From a virus (taxonomy: Duplodnaviria; Caudoviricetes): 64,000 nucleotides of DNA. Positions within the stretch are counted from its first letter, which is position 1, and each line of letters opens with the position of its first letter. Of the stretch, positions 46,220 to 55,585 are shown piece by piece. The notes below the pieces were generated by a model that did not search any database, was not told the origin of the DNA, and worked only from the letters and a program-made list of their open reading frames with translations. A program made the position numbers and the translations under genes. The stretch spans positions 9,783-73,782 of IMG/VR virus record IMGVR_UViG_3300049140_000186; one strand, 5' to 3'.

Positions 46220-46590
46220 TGGCAGACAGCTTTCTGGATACCGCTGGCGGCCTTCAGCAGGTCGCCGACGTCAATGTCGTGATCAAGGACCAGCAGCTCT
46301 ATGTGGCTACCGATGGCTCGATGCAGTCTGCCTTGGCCATCACTGCCGGAGCAGGCGGGGCCGTGGTGACGGACGGCGAGAACACGCTCGTCAGCAACTC
46401 GGCCCTCACCGAATCCGCCAACGGCACGCTAGAAGTCGCGAATGGCATCTTGGTTGGCGTGACGCTCGACCCTTCGGTTTTCATCGTCGGGGATGCAATG
46501 GCGCTGCAGGTCCCGGTGAACGGCACCTATGTCGATACCGTGAATTTCGCCGTTTCCAATGGCGTGATCACGGCCATAACGCTCAGCTAG
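46216..46590 (+). CDS. Beta-rich hypothetical virion protein
   Basis: Start at 46216/46219 with RBS GGAGAGG. Confidence 0.6.
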   Translation: MMADSFLDTAGGLQQVADVNVVIKDQQLYVATDGSMQSALAITAGAGGAVVTDGENTLVSNSALTESANGTLEVANGILVGVTLDPSVFIVGDAMALQVPVNGTYVDTVNFAVSNGVITAITLS

Positions 46591-46598
46591 AGGCAGTC

Positions 46599-47720
46599 AT
46601 GAACTTCACCGACGCTGTATCCGTCGCGGGAACGCGCCGGCTTGATGACGGCTATCTGGTCGCGACGGCGCGCTCTGTCCGCACAGGCATCCAGATATAT
46701 TCCGGCTCAGAAGTCGGCAAGCCTGAACTGGCGACGGTCAGGGTCTATCGCGCGCCCGACCAGGTGTTCGCACAGGACAGCCTGCAGTCGTTCAGCCACG
46801 CACCGATCACGAACGACCATCCCTCGGAAGGGGTGACGTCCGACAACTGGAAGGCTCTTGCCGTCGGCGAGGTCAGCACTGCCGCCAAGCGCGACGGAGA
46901 ATGGGTCGTGCTGCCGCTGATCCTGAAGGACGCTGCGGCCATCCAGGCGGTTGTAGACGGCAAGAGGGAACTGTCGGCCGGCTATACCTGCGAACTCGAC
47001 TTCACGCCCGGCGTCACCGCCGACGGCGAACCCTTCGACGCGCAACAGCGTAATATCAAGATCAACCATCTCGCGCTCGTCGATCGGGCTCGGGCCGGTT
47101 CACAGGCTCGCATCGGTGATGCGAATTCGTGGGGCATCAGCCCCGTCCACATTCCCGAAAAGGAAAAACCCATGACGCTCAAGACGGTTACCGTCGATGG
47201 CATCCCTGTTGAAGTGACCGATCAGGGTGCCACGGTCATCACCACGCTGCTGCAGCGCCTCGCTGACGCGGCAAAGAAGGTTTCGGATGCCGAGACCGCT
47301 CACAACACGGCCATCGCTGCCAAGGACGCGGAGCTCGCCAAGAAGGATGCCGAGATCGACGACCTGAAGGGCAAGGTTCTCGATGCCAAGGCAATCGATG
47401 CGAAGGTCACCGCCCGCGCCGACCTGATCACCAAGGCCAAAGCCGTCGCTCCCGATATCCAGACGGACGGCAAGTCCGATGACGATATCCGCAAGGCTGC
47501 CGTCGTCGCCAAGCTCGGCGATGCCGCGATCAAGGACAAGCCGCAGGCCTATATCGACGCCCGCTTCGATATCCTCGCCGAGGATGCCGGTAGCGCCGAC
47601 ACGGTCCGCGATGCCATAACGCATCTGCGGCCGGGCACGAACCTCTCTGACGCGGCCAAGCTCGAGAAGGACGCTCACGCGGCCTATCTGGCCCGCTTCG
47701 ATCGCAAGAAGTCGGCGTAA
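46599..47720 (+). CDS. DUF2213 head protease/scaffold protein
   Basis: DGYL...RTGIQIY...YRAPDQVF...PIT.DHP...ELSAGY...NHLALVDRARAG. Confidence 0.88.
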   Translation: MNFTDAVSVAGTRRLDDGYLVATARSVRTGIQIYSGSEVGKPELATVRVYRAPDQVFAQDSLQSFSHAPITNDHPSEGVTSDNWKALAVGEVSTAAKRDGEWVVLPLILKDAAAIQAVVDGKRELSAGYTCELDFTPGVTADGEPFDAQQRNIKINHLALVDRARAGSQARIGDANSWGISPVHIPEKEKPMTLKTVTVDGIPVEVTDQGATVITTLLQRLADAAKKVSDAETAHNTAIAAKDAELAKKDAEIDDLKGKVLDAKAIDAKVTARADLITKAKAVAPDIQTDGKSDDDIRKAAVVAKLGDAAIKDKPQAYIDARFDILAEDAGSADTVRDAITHLRPGTNLSDAAKLEKDAHAAYLARFDRKKSA

Positions 47721-47754
47721 GCGCCGGCTCCCTCACCATTCACCGCAACCTGAT

Positions 47755-47778
47755 GGCCGGCCACTGAGCCGGCCTTTT
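47755..47778 (+). terminator. Hairpin / weak terminator
   Basis: GGCCGGC-CACTGA-GCCGGCC-TTTT. Confidence 0.5.
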
Positions 47779-47795
47779 CAATTGGAGAGAAGCGA

Positions 47796-48266
47796 ATGCC
47801 TCCCCTTCAGACGACTATCCCGACTTCCATGGCTGCCGGGGCCGTTGGCCGCCGACAGAATATGGAGGAGTGGAACGGCCTCACCGGTCTGGCGGAAGAT
47901 ACCGTCGCCAACCCGATCGGCTTTGCCCAGCCCGTCATGCGCGGAACCGCAGGCGAGCAGGTCAAGAAGTACGCCGCTGCCGGAAACTTCCGCGGCATCA
48001 CCGAAGCCGATGTCACCATCGGCGCTGACACTTATCCCGAGGGCTACAACGTCCCCGTGATGGAAAGCGGCGTGATCTGGGCGCTCGCCGGCGGCGCGTG
48101 CACGGCCGGTGGCCTTGTTTACTGGATCGCTGCCTCTGGCAAATACACCAGCACGGTCGGCACAAACCTGCTGATCCCGAACGCCGAGTTCGACAGCGCT
48201 GCCGCTGCCGATGGCGATCTCGTGCTGATCCGCCTGCGTCGCATCCCTGCGGCTCCGGCCCCGTAA
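47796..48266 (+). CDS. Capsid cement/decoration protein
   Basis: IGFAQPV..G...FRGI...VMESG.IW; position before major capsid protein. Confidence 0.75.
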   Translation: MPPLQTTIPTSMAAGAVGRRQNMEEWNGLTGLAEDTVANPIGFAQPVMRGTAGEQVKKYAAAGNFRGITEADVTIGADTYPEGYNVPVMESGVIWALAGGACTAGGLVYWIAASGKYTSTVGTNLLIPNAEFDSAAAADGDLVLIRLRRIPAAPAP

Positions 48267-48322
48267 CCCCTCAACGACCGAACGCCGCGAGGCAGTCCAG
48301 TCCCTTAGAAGGAACCTTTTCC

Positions 48323-49327
48323 ATGCACTTCAACATCCTCGACGCGGATCCGGCGCTGGTCTTCAGCTTCGCGCGTCAGCAGAGCCATGTGCTCAATGCC
48401 CGCATTTACGAGATCGAGTATCCCGAAATGGATTACGCCGCTCTCGTGCCGATCAACCGGGATTATCCCGAATGGGCGTCGGGCGTCGACACCTTGATCG
48501 GCGACATCGTCGGTAAGGCCGAGTGGCAGTCCGGCTATGCCAAGGACATCCCGCTCGCCGACACCACGCTCGCCATGGTGTCGACCAGCTTCGACATGTA
48601 CGCGGTCGGCTATCAGTGGAATATCGAGGAGCTCGGCAAAGCCGCGTTCCAGGGTTTTCCGCTGACCAACCGACGCGCCGAGGCCGCGCGCCGTGCTTCC
48701 GAGGAGTTCCTCTGGAATAACGTGCTCACCGGCTCGACCACGAAGAAGTGGACCGGGCTGATCAACAGCTCCTACATCACCCCTGTGTCGGCTCCGAACG
48801 ACGGCACCGGTGCCACCACGGCTTGGGTGAACAACTTGGGCGTCGGTCAGAAGACGCCGGAGCAGATCGTCCGCGACATCAACATCATGATCATGGGGCC
48901 GATTGCGAACCCTGATCAGGTGATCACGAGCTCGCTTGCGGATACCCTTCTGCTGCCGTCGCTGGCCTACCGGTACATCGCCGGAACCCCCTACGGCGTC
49001 ACCAGCCCCGGCATGTCGATCCTGCAGTACGTCATGTCCAACAACGTCTACCGGCTGCGCACCGGCCGCGATCTCATGATCCGCGACCTGGCTGAACTGT
49101 CGCGTGCAACAACTGTTGGCATTGCCGGCGGCGGCCGCGGCATCGGCTACCGCAACAGCGTGGACGTGCTCGAGCTTCCGCTGCCGATGGCGTTCCGCTT
49201 CCTGCCTGTCTACCAGGACGGTCCGCTCAACTTCGTCGTGCCGGGCATCTCCCGTACCGGCCCGATCGACGTCAAGCGTCCGCTGTCGATGCGCTACCTC
49301 GACGGCATCACGCCTGTCCCGGCCTGA
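48323..49327 (+). CDS. Major capsid protein (DUF2184 family)
   Basis: IYEIEYPE, YQWNIEEL.KA...G.PL, TGLIN, GGRG..YRN...LELP.P; start ATG 48323 with RBS AAGGAA. Confidence 0.85.
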   Translation: MHFNILDADPALVFSFARQQSHVLNARIYEIEYPEMDYAALVPINRDYPEWASGVDTLIGDIVGKAEWQSGYAKDIPLADTTLAMVSTSFDMYAVGYQWNIEELGKAAFQGFPLTNRRAEAARRASEEFLWNNVLTGSTTKKWTGLINSSYITPVSAPNDGTGATTAWVNNLGVGQKTPEQIVRDINIMIMGPIANPDQVITSSLADTLLLPSLAYRYIAGTPYGVTSPGMSILQYVMSNNVYRLRTGRDLMIRDLAELSRATTVGIAGGGRGIGYRNSVDVLELPLPMAFRFLPVYQDGPLNFVVPGISRTGPIDVKRPLSMRYLDGITPVPA

Positions 49328-49390
49328 TCGGCAACATGATCGCGGCCTCGGCTCCGGCCGGGGCCGTTCTTTCCCACCGGAGAAACGGCA

Positions 49391-49708
49391 ATGCACACGA
49401 TCAAAAATCTCGTCAACTCGCCGTATGACATTCGGCTGGTAGACGGGACAACTGCCCGCCTGCCGGCGCGCGGCGAGCTCACGGTCGACGTCGATCCGAT
49501 GCATCTGCCGCTCTATCGGACGCTCGGCTATTTTCAGCTTACCGAAATTGAGGGCAATCCGAAGAAGGCTACTGTCCTTCCCGACGAGGAAAAGGCTCAA
49601 CTTGCGAAGCTGCGCGCCGAATACGCCGAATTGACCGGCAAGAAGCCGTTCGGCGGCTGGAAGGCCGAAGAACTGCAGAAGCGCATCGACAAGGCGCTGG
49701 AGGGCTGA
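49391..49708 (+). CDS. Small head-associated protein with HeH/LEM-like tail
   Basis: LRAEYAELTGKKPFGGWKAEELQKRI. Confidence 0.65.
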   Translation: MHTIKNLVNSPYDIRLVDGTTARLPARGELTVDVDPMHLPLYRTLGYFQLTEIEGNPKKATVLPDEEKAQLAKLRAEYAELTGKKPFGGWKAEELQKRIDKALEG

Positions 49709-49710
49709 CC

Positions 49711-50181
49711 GTGGCCGCCTACGATCCGGTCACGCCTGCCGAATTCAAGGCAGCGAAACCGCAATTTGCTGCGGTTGATGATGCCGTGGTTCAGAGCTAT
49801 CTCGACATGGCCGCGCGCGTCGTCGACCAGTCGTGGACCGCTGGCGACTATAAGAACGCCATCATCGCTTTCGCCTGCCACCTGATGACGCTGGAAGGGC
49901 TCGGCACCGATGCCGCAAGCCAGTCGCATGCGTCCGGTGCAGCCGAATATGAGAGCATCAAGTCCGGCGTCCTGACGCTGACCCGGTTCCGTGCCGCTGC
50001 CGGCGCGACCACGCCCTACATGGACTGGCTGAATTCAACGCCTTGCGGGAAGTATTTCGTGTTCCTGCTGAGGCTCAATCGGGGCGGTCCGCGTGTCGCG
50101 ACCGTCTCCACTGCAATGCCGAGCGGCTACGCCAAGGATTGGTGCGGCCCGGCATATGGCTGGCCCGGGGTGTTTTACTGA
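49711..50181 (+). CDS. Head-tail connector (DUF4054-like)
   Basis: EFKAAKPQFA...A..FACHLMTL...LNSTPCGKYF. Confidence 0.75.
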   Translation: MAAYDPVTPAEFKAAKPQFAAVDDAVVQSYLDMAARVVDQSWTAGDYKNAIIAFACHLMTLEGLGTDAASQSHASGAAEYESIKSGVLTLTRFRAAAGATTPYMDWLNSTPCGKYFVFLLRLNRGGPRVATVSTAMPSGYAKDWCGPAYGWPGVFY

Positions 50182-50555
50182 TGGCCGGCCTTCTCGACAC
50201 GAATGCGCTGCAGGGCATCTTCGGCTCTGTCCTGTCGTCGATCTATGGCGACGGGCAGTTGATCCGCGTGACGATGGTGCGCCAGCCGGGCGGAAGCAGC
50301 ATCCCGGTCGAGCAGGCGCCCGTACCGATTAAAGTGCAGGTCGACGCCTGCACTGAAGCGATGCGCCAGCAGCCGGGCTACACCGATACCGATGTGCGCC
50401 TGCTGATCCTCCAGAGCGGCGTTGCGGGAGCGAAGCCGACAACCGACGACATCGTGATCGCGCAAGGCCAGCGCCGTAAGCTCTTCGGCATCACCGAAGA
50501 TCCGGCGAGGGCTTATTGGGAAATGCGCGGAATAAGGGATGCGACCGATGGCTGA
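50181..50555 (+). CDS. Head closure/completion protein
   Basis: Start moved to ATG 50181; DVRLLILQ...P.TDD.V...DPARAYWE. Confidence 0.65.
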   Translation: MAGLLDTNALQGIFGSVLSSIYGDGQLIRVTMVRQPGGSSIPVEQAPVPIKVQVDACTEAMRQQPGYTDTDVRLLILQSGVAGAKPTTDDIVIAQGQRRKLFGITEDPARAYWEMRGIRDATDG

Positions 50556-50720
50556 TCGCTGGTTCCGTGTCACCGCCGAGCGCTTCGACTGGATCATTCG
50601 TCCCGGCCTGATGAAGTCGTTTCGCAAGGGCCAGATCGCCTACGAGCCGACGGCCTGCGTCGAATATGGCCTGTCCATCGGTGCGATCGAGACCATCGCC
50701 AAGCCGAAGAACGCCAAGGA
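50548..50720 (+). pseudogene. Small virion gene running into the deletion junction
   Basis: MADRWFRVT...KPKNAK then sequence switches to tail-spike-like DNA. Confidence 0.5.
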
Positions 50721-51472
50721 ACGTGTTCAAGGTCCGAAAGACTGCGGGCGGCTACGAAAACAAAATCCAGTCAACGATTGTCGTCAGCGGGCAGGGGGGC
50801 AATGACGGAACCTATGCGTTCTGGACTGCCGCGCCAATTTCGACGGGCGGGAAACTGTACTGCACCGGCTATCGGACTAGCGGTCCCTACACCGTCACCG
50901 CACTGTTTGAAAGCAGCAACGGCGGATGGGATTGGACATTTACGGCCATCATTGCGTCGGACCCCACCAAAGCATTTTCGGAAGCCGCGATTGTCAAGTG
51001 TCTCAACGGCGATATGGTGGCAGTTATTCGAGAGGATAGCGGCGCTGGTCGCCCTCTCTACCTATCGCGGTCTGCCACTGGCGTTACATCGTGGACAACA
51101 CCCGCCCTATTGTCGGGAATCCAGGGAACGCAGCCGTGCCTTCTCCTCCTGCCGGACGGTGACATTCTCTTGCTGGTTGGACACAGGACGGGCGGCTCTG
51201 GACTGGATGTCTCAGGGGTGCTGAACGAGGCAGGGCTTGCCAACATAACTGGCATCGCATGCTGGCGTTCGACCAACAACGCGGCGTCGTGGACAAACCG
51301 GGTTATCCTCGCCCCCATGTGGTCAACAGACGGTGGGCAACCGATGGCGGTTAGTCTCGACGTTGGGAGAGTTGGCATGCTCTGCTATCTAGCGCCCGGC
51401 GCAACCAACGCTGATTATGGCGTGGAGCCAGGGATTTACTGGATCACGTTCAACGGCGACAACATCGTTTGA
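50720..51472 (+). pseudogene. 3' remnant of a BNR/Asp-box (sialidase-like) tail spike
   Basis: No credible own start; Asp-box-like SSNGGWDW, RSATGVTSW, RSTNNAASW; FSEAAIVK.LNGDMVAVIRE. Confidence 0.65.
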
Positions 51473-51481
51473 TCTTCTAGT

Positions 51482-51685
51482 TTATCGCCTGCGCAAGAGG
51501 TTAGCGCGCGGGGCCGGTTGATAGTTGTAGACGCGAGGCGCGTCCTTTTCGCCTTCTTCTTCGAGCTCTTCGTTGTCTTCTTCCCAATCGGCAGCATCAT
51601 CGAAAGTTCGCTGAGTGAGCAGGTAGCGCTCATACTCATCGTCGTTCATGTCGTTCAAAATGGCTGGGTCGATGGGTTTAGGCAC
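51482..51685 (-). CDS. Small acidic hypothetical protein
   Basis: 67 aa, RBS GGAGGAA. Confidence 0.5.
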   Translation of the reverse strand: MPKPIDPAILNDMNDDEYERYLLTQRTFDDAADWEEDNEELEEEGEKDAPRVYNYQPAPRANLLRRR

Positions 51686-51720
51686 GGTGCTTCCTCCGTA
51701 GGGTTGGGCGGGTGCGTTCT

Positions 51721-54700
51721 TTATGCAATCTTCCTCTGCTGGTGGTCGTGCATCTCATTCGCACTCGCCAGCTGCCGTGTTGCAGGCATCGCGGGGATTC
51801 CTTCCAGAACTCTATCAACGGCGATTGTGACGTAAGGATCTCCGTTGACGATGAGTTCGCTCAGTTTCGCTTCATCCCACTTTGGGATGCCGACATTGTC
51901 ATTGGTGATTGGGCGCCGGCTATAGGTATTCGGGAGGGCCACATCCTCGGTTCCCATATAGTGCAGCAGCCCCATCGCCTTTCTCCTGAGCGCTTTTGAC
52001 GGCGGTCTCATGTGCTCTTGCGTTAACATCCGGGAATAATGCTCCCTGTCAACGGGGTAGTGCAGGTCGACCGGATAATCATGCCGGCCAAAGTGTGAAC
52101 ACATCACCACTGGAATTCCCAGACCGGTCAGTTCCAGGCAGGATGTTCCATTCCAGAGAACAGCGAGATCAATCAACCCGGCGATCTCGTTGACGTTGTA
52201 ATCCGTGTGTCCCAGCACAATGACATTTTCAGGAAGGGACGATGAGATAAGGTCCTCAAGTCTTTCGGTGAGATCCAGTGCAATCTCTGGCCGGAGTTCA
52301 TGAGGGTGAGGTTTGATCAGCAGCAGAGTGTCGGTACCTGCGACGGACTCGATCGAGTGGTTCAGCCAATCGGTCATATCGATATGAGCCGGGCCGCCGT
52401 CATAAGGTACGGCAAGATCGCACGGAACTTTGCCCAAGCAGCAAACGACGCGACGGCCGACCTTGCGCGCCTCAAGAATTCTCTCGTGAGCAGGGGCCTG
52501 GATGTCGACGAGGCGGCGGTTGCGGTTTTCATTGATCATCAGATCGAACCGCCGATCGATCTCCTCCGATTTGCGATTGGCCCGATACCATTTCTCAAAG
52601 CGGGGACGGATAGCCAAAAATGGAGCGCGGCAAGTCTTGTGAAGGGTCATGTCGACCACGGCCATTGAGCCGGAATATTTGCTTCCAAGGTTCGAGTAAT
52701 AGTTTTCATACGCTACACTGGCCGAGACGTAGCGCAAATTCGGAAGGTCGCGGGACAGGGCGAAATCTCGGATTACCGAATAGGGACTGACGTGGCTGTT
52801 GCTGCCAATGAGGATAATCGGCTGGCTCGTCGATTTTGCCACGGCTTCGACTTCAAGGCACTTTCGCAGCATGTAGTCAGATGACCTAAGGAGGTGGTCA
52901 AACTGCTCCTTTATGACCGCATCATCCAGTGTGATCGTCGCACGGCGGAACTTGGTGGAAAGCCGCTCATAGATCCCCTGGTAAAAGTTCACGCCGCAAG
53001 CCTCGACCAACCTCGCTGGCCAGTCGACATGCCAGTCGAGTTCCACGTTACCGTCTGTTCTGTCTTGGATTGCGCAATTGAAAAGGCTGCCAGCCGGGCC
53101 AGAAATCCCTGGACTGTCCAGCACACCTTCGAGAAGCGAGCCTACCGCATAACCCTGGCGCTTCAGTTCGACGAGGATAGGGCCAACCAGGGCGAGAGTA
53201 TTGAAACAGTTGAGCGAGGCAAGAAGCGCGACCCCTGCGGGATCGCTCGGCTGGGGCATCGAATTGATGATCCGGCTGGTCTGGTCGAGAAACCTCAGGC
53301 GCTCCAGCTTGGTCTGCACTGCAACGCGGTTCTCCAGTTTGTCGTCGGGCACGACCGTCGTGTTGATACGATGGTAGGCCTCCATGAAGCTTGAGCGTTT
53401 CCACGCCAGCGACCCGGCCAACTTGTGTTTCAGCTGCGTGAGAGCCGGCTGCTCATTGGGAGTTGGCTCGAGGTCCACGTCGTGCGGCGATTGAGATGTG
53501 CGCAGTCGGAACTCACAAATTTCGACATCCGCCGGCGTCATAAGCGGCCACAGAACCCTAATTTCCTCCTCTTCCAAGATTCTGAGTCGGATGATCTGTG
53601 CAGCAATTATCGAGGTCAGGGAAGATTGTTTCAAGGCTTCTTTACGATAAGGCGCGTTGCCGGCGACAACGCTGATCGCTTCACGAATGCCCGATGCATC
53701 AGAGTTGACGACGTGGAATGCAAGATCTGGCAAACCAGCAGGAAGCCCGGGGATCCCCGCAAGGGAAGACCTCAATTGCTCAGCAATTCGGCTTCTGATG
53801 TTCTTGCGGGCTTCGGCGTCCCGCTCGACTTTGAACGGATGTTGGTTTGTTAGAAGGCCGAGCCTAATCAGTGTAAGGGGGCTAATTCCCTCCATCCCAT
53901 TCAGTATTTTGGCCGCCACCTCATACTGGAGACTGCCGAGCGCCAAGCGGAAGTAAGATCTGGCAAGGTTATGGTCGAGGATTGTTTTCATCCTGGAAAT
54001 TGGGACCTTCGGGAAGGAACTGATGGACCGACCGTTCAGATTCTTCAGGCCGACAACAAGCGTTTCGATAAAAGCTTTGCAGTCGCGTTTGGCGATATGC
54101 CTGCCGCGCGGCCCGTTAAACCAGTCGATGTAGAACTCAATGACCTGTTTTAGATCGTCATATCTGACCATGTCGCGGAAAAAGATGATCAGAGACGGGA
54201 AAATGCCGATGAACGCTCTCGCGGTCATCGCCTCAGCGGTTGCTTCCAAGCTTTGCCTCAAAGGCTCAGAGCGAATGAGGGTAGCCAGCATTGACCCGAA
54301 GGGGGAACTCCGCATTTCTTCGATGAACAGGGGCGAGATATCGTCCAGCGCGGCGACCGAGTTCTCGCCTTCCATGAAGGGGAGTTGGGTGGCTTCATCG
54401 ATCTTTCGCTGAAGCGCGGTGCCTCGGAAGAATGATGCAAATCGAGGCTGAGCAGAAAGATAAAGAAATGCGAGAGCGCCTTCCACGGATATGGGGGCTC
54501 TGGTCACGGGGCAGCGATAGTGCTGTCCAACTATATAAGTTGATGCGAACGAGTTCGCCGTGGGGTTTTCATTCGGACGGGCTGGAGTAAGACGCCAGAC
54601 TTTGAGGCAGAGTTCTGCTCGGTCATTGTCCGGTGCGGTCGGCGTGTCCTTGGCCCGCCGCCATCTACGATGACGCATCACGTGCAGATCGAGGTTAGTT

Positions 54701-54861
54701 GAAAGGTCGACGGGGGCGAAATAAGCCTCCCTTAAAATCCGATTTCGGATGTCCCGAACTACACCGACCTGGATGGCAGCCTTTAGCAAGGGCCTGAGTA
54801 CGCCGCTGTTCCTGTGGTAAATATCAACGACCGCCATGGCAAATTTCGATGTTCTCGACAT
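51721..54861 (-). CDS. Large capsular polysaccharide synthesis protein with KpsS/KpsC-like C-terminal domain (moron 1)
   Basis: LGKVPCD...LLIKPHPHE...WNGTSCLEL..LGIPVV..S; start moved to ATG 54861. Confidence 0.7.
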   Translation of the reverse strand: MSRTSKFAMAVVDIYHRNSGVLRPLLKAAIQVGVVRDIRNRILREAYFAPVDLSTNLDLHVMRHRRWRRAKDTPTAPDNDRAELCLKVWRLTPARPNENPTANSFASTYIVGQHYRCPVTRAPISVEGALAFLYLSAQPRFASFFRGTALQRKIDEATQLPFMEGENSVAALDDISPLFIEEMRSSPFGSMLATLIRSEPLRQSLEATAEAMTARAFIGIFPSLIIFFRDMVRYDDLKQVIEFYIDWFNGPRGRHIAKRDCKAFIETLVVGLKNLNGRSISSFPKVPISRMKTILDHNLARSYFRLALGSLQYEVAAKILNGMEGISPLTLIRLGLLTNQHPFKVERDAEARKNIRSRIAEQLRSSLAGIPGLPAGLPDLAFHVVNSDASGIREAISVVAGNAPYRKEALKQSSLTSIIAAQIIRLRILEEEEIRVLWPLMTPADVEICEFRLRTSQSPHDVDLEPTPNEQPALTQLKHKLAGSLAWKRSSFMEAYHRINTTVVPDDKLENRVAVQTKLERLRFLDQTSRIINSMPQPSDPAGVALLASLNCFNTLALVGPILVELKRQGYAVGSLLEGVLDSPGISGPAGSLFNCAIQDRTDGNVELDWHVDWPARLVEACGVNFYQGIYERLSTKFRRATITLDDAVIKEQFDHLLRSSDYMLRKCLEVEAVAKSTSQPIILIGSNSHVSPYSVIRDFALSRDLPNLRYVSASVAYENYYSNLGSKYSGSMAVVDMTLHKTCRAPFLAIRPRFEKWYRANRKSEEIDRRFDLMINENRNRRLVDIQAPAHERILEARKVGRRVVCCLGKVPCDLAVPYDGGPAHIDMTDWLNHSIESVAGTDTLLLIKPHPHELRPEIALDLTERLEDLISSSLPENVIVLGHTDYNVNEIAGLIDLAVLWNGTSCLELTGLGIPVVMCSHFGRHDYPVDLHYPVDREHYSRMLTQEHMRPPSKALRRKAMGLLHYMGTEDVALPNTYSRRPITNDNVGIPKWDEAKLSELIVNGDPYVTIAVDRVLEGIPAMPATRQLASANEMHDHQQRKIA

Positions 54862-55022
54862 GTGCTGTGCCTCGAATGTCAGCGTGAGTAGCCCCCAATG
54901 GAGACAGCCTTGGAGCCGCGCCAAGGTTATCCATGGAAGGGCGGCTCGGGGCTTACAAGACCGTCGAGCGATCAGTTCTTCCGTGACGTGGTTTCCTGAA
55001 CCGGCTTTCGCTGCGCCCTTTA

Positions 55023-55101
55023 GCTCCTCTCGCACAAGCTTTCTAAAAACTCAACGCTGAAAGGATCAGCCATGGACAAGACCGTTCCCGCCGGAGCGGC
55101 G
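55023..55101 (+). repeat. Endolysin leader repeat, copy 1 (79 bp, 76/79 identical to copy 3, includes first 10 codons)
   Basis: GCTCCTCTCGCACAAGCTTTCTAAAAACTCAACGCTGAAAGGATCAGCCATGGACAAGACCGTTCCCGCCGGAGCGGCG. Confidence 0.95.
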
Positions 55102-55293
55102 GAAAAGGCGCTGTTCGTCGCCGGCTGCATCGCGGCTTCTGGCTCGACCGACATTCGCATGTCAGAAGGCGTTTACCGAAGCATTGAGTCCGGAGCATCA
55201 AACCCTCCTGCGACATCCATCAACGCCAGCGCCGTCAATGTGGTTCAGGCCGACAACTTGGTGTCGTCCGGTATCACTGCGACTTATCCGTAG
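55072..55293 (+). pseudogene. Chimera: endolysin N-terminus (MDKTVPAGAA) fused to an unrelated 3' gene remnant, possibly a fibre/spike end
   Basis: First 10 aa identical to the 59221 endolysin, remainder unrelated and beta-rich. Confidence 0.7.
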
Positions 55294-55306
55294 GAGAAAA
55301 AATATC

Positions 55307-55528
55307 ATGCAGGAGAAAACGGTTTGGATCGGCGACACGCAGGTGAAGGTCGGCGATCGGCTGACGACGATCGACAGCATCCGAGTTGAGGTGGTCGCCA
55401 TCGATGATATGAGCGGCAAATTGCAGCTTATGTCGGTCGCTGAAGATGAAGGACTGAGAGCCGTCCAAAACGCGACTCTCGATCTCTTCAATCCAGCGCA
55501 ACGCATCGGCGCGGTAATCAGAGAATAA
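55307..55528 (+). CDS. Small hypothetical protein
   Basis: 73 aa, RBS AGGAGA overlapping the previous stop. Confidence 0.55.
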   Translation: MQEKTVWIGDTQVKVGDRLTTIDSIRVEVVAIDDMSGKLQLMSVAEDEGLRAVQNATLDLFNPAQRIGAVIRE

Positions 55529-55585
55529 CGACCCGCAGGGGATTTGGCGGCAGAGTTTTCAGTGTTTTACCCGATGAGCGCACGG

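Noticed and set aside
48305-49600. 431-aa minus-strand ORF
   Set aside because: Shadow of the DUF2184 capsid gene.
54862-55035. N-terminal extension of the 1104-aa ORF
   Set aside because: Runs up to the repeat with no RBS and non-protein-like sequence; ATG 54861 preferred.
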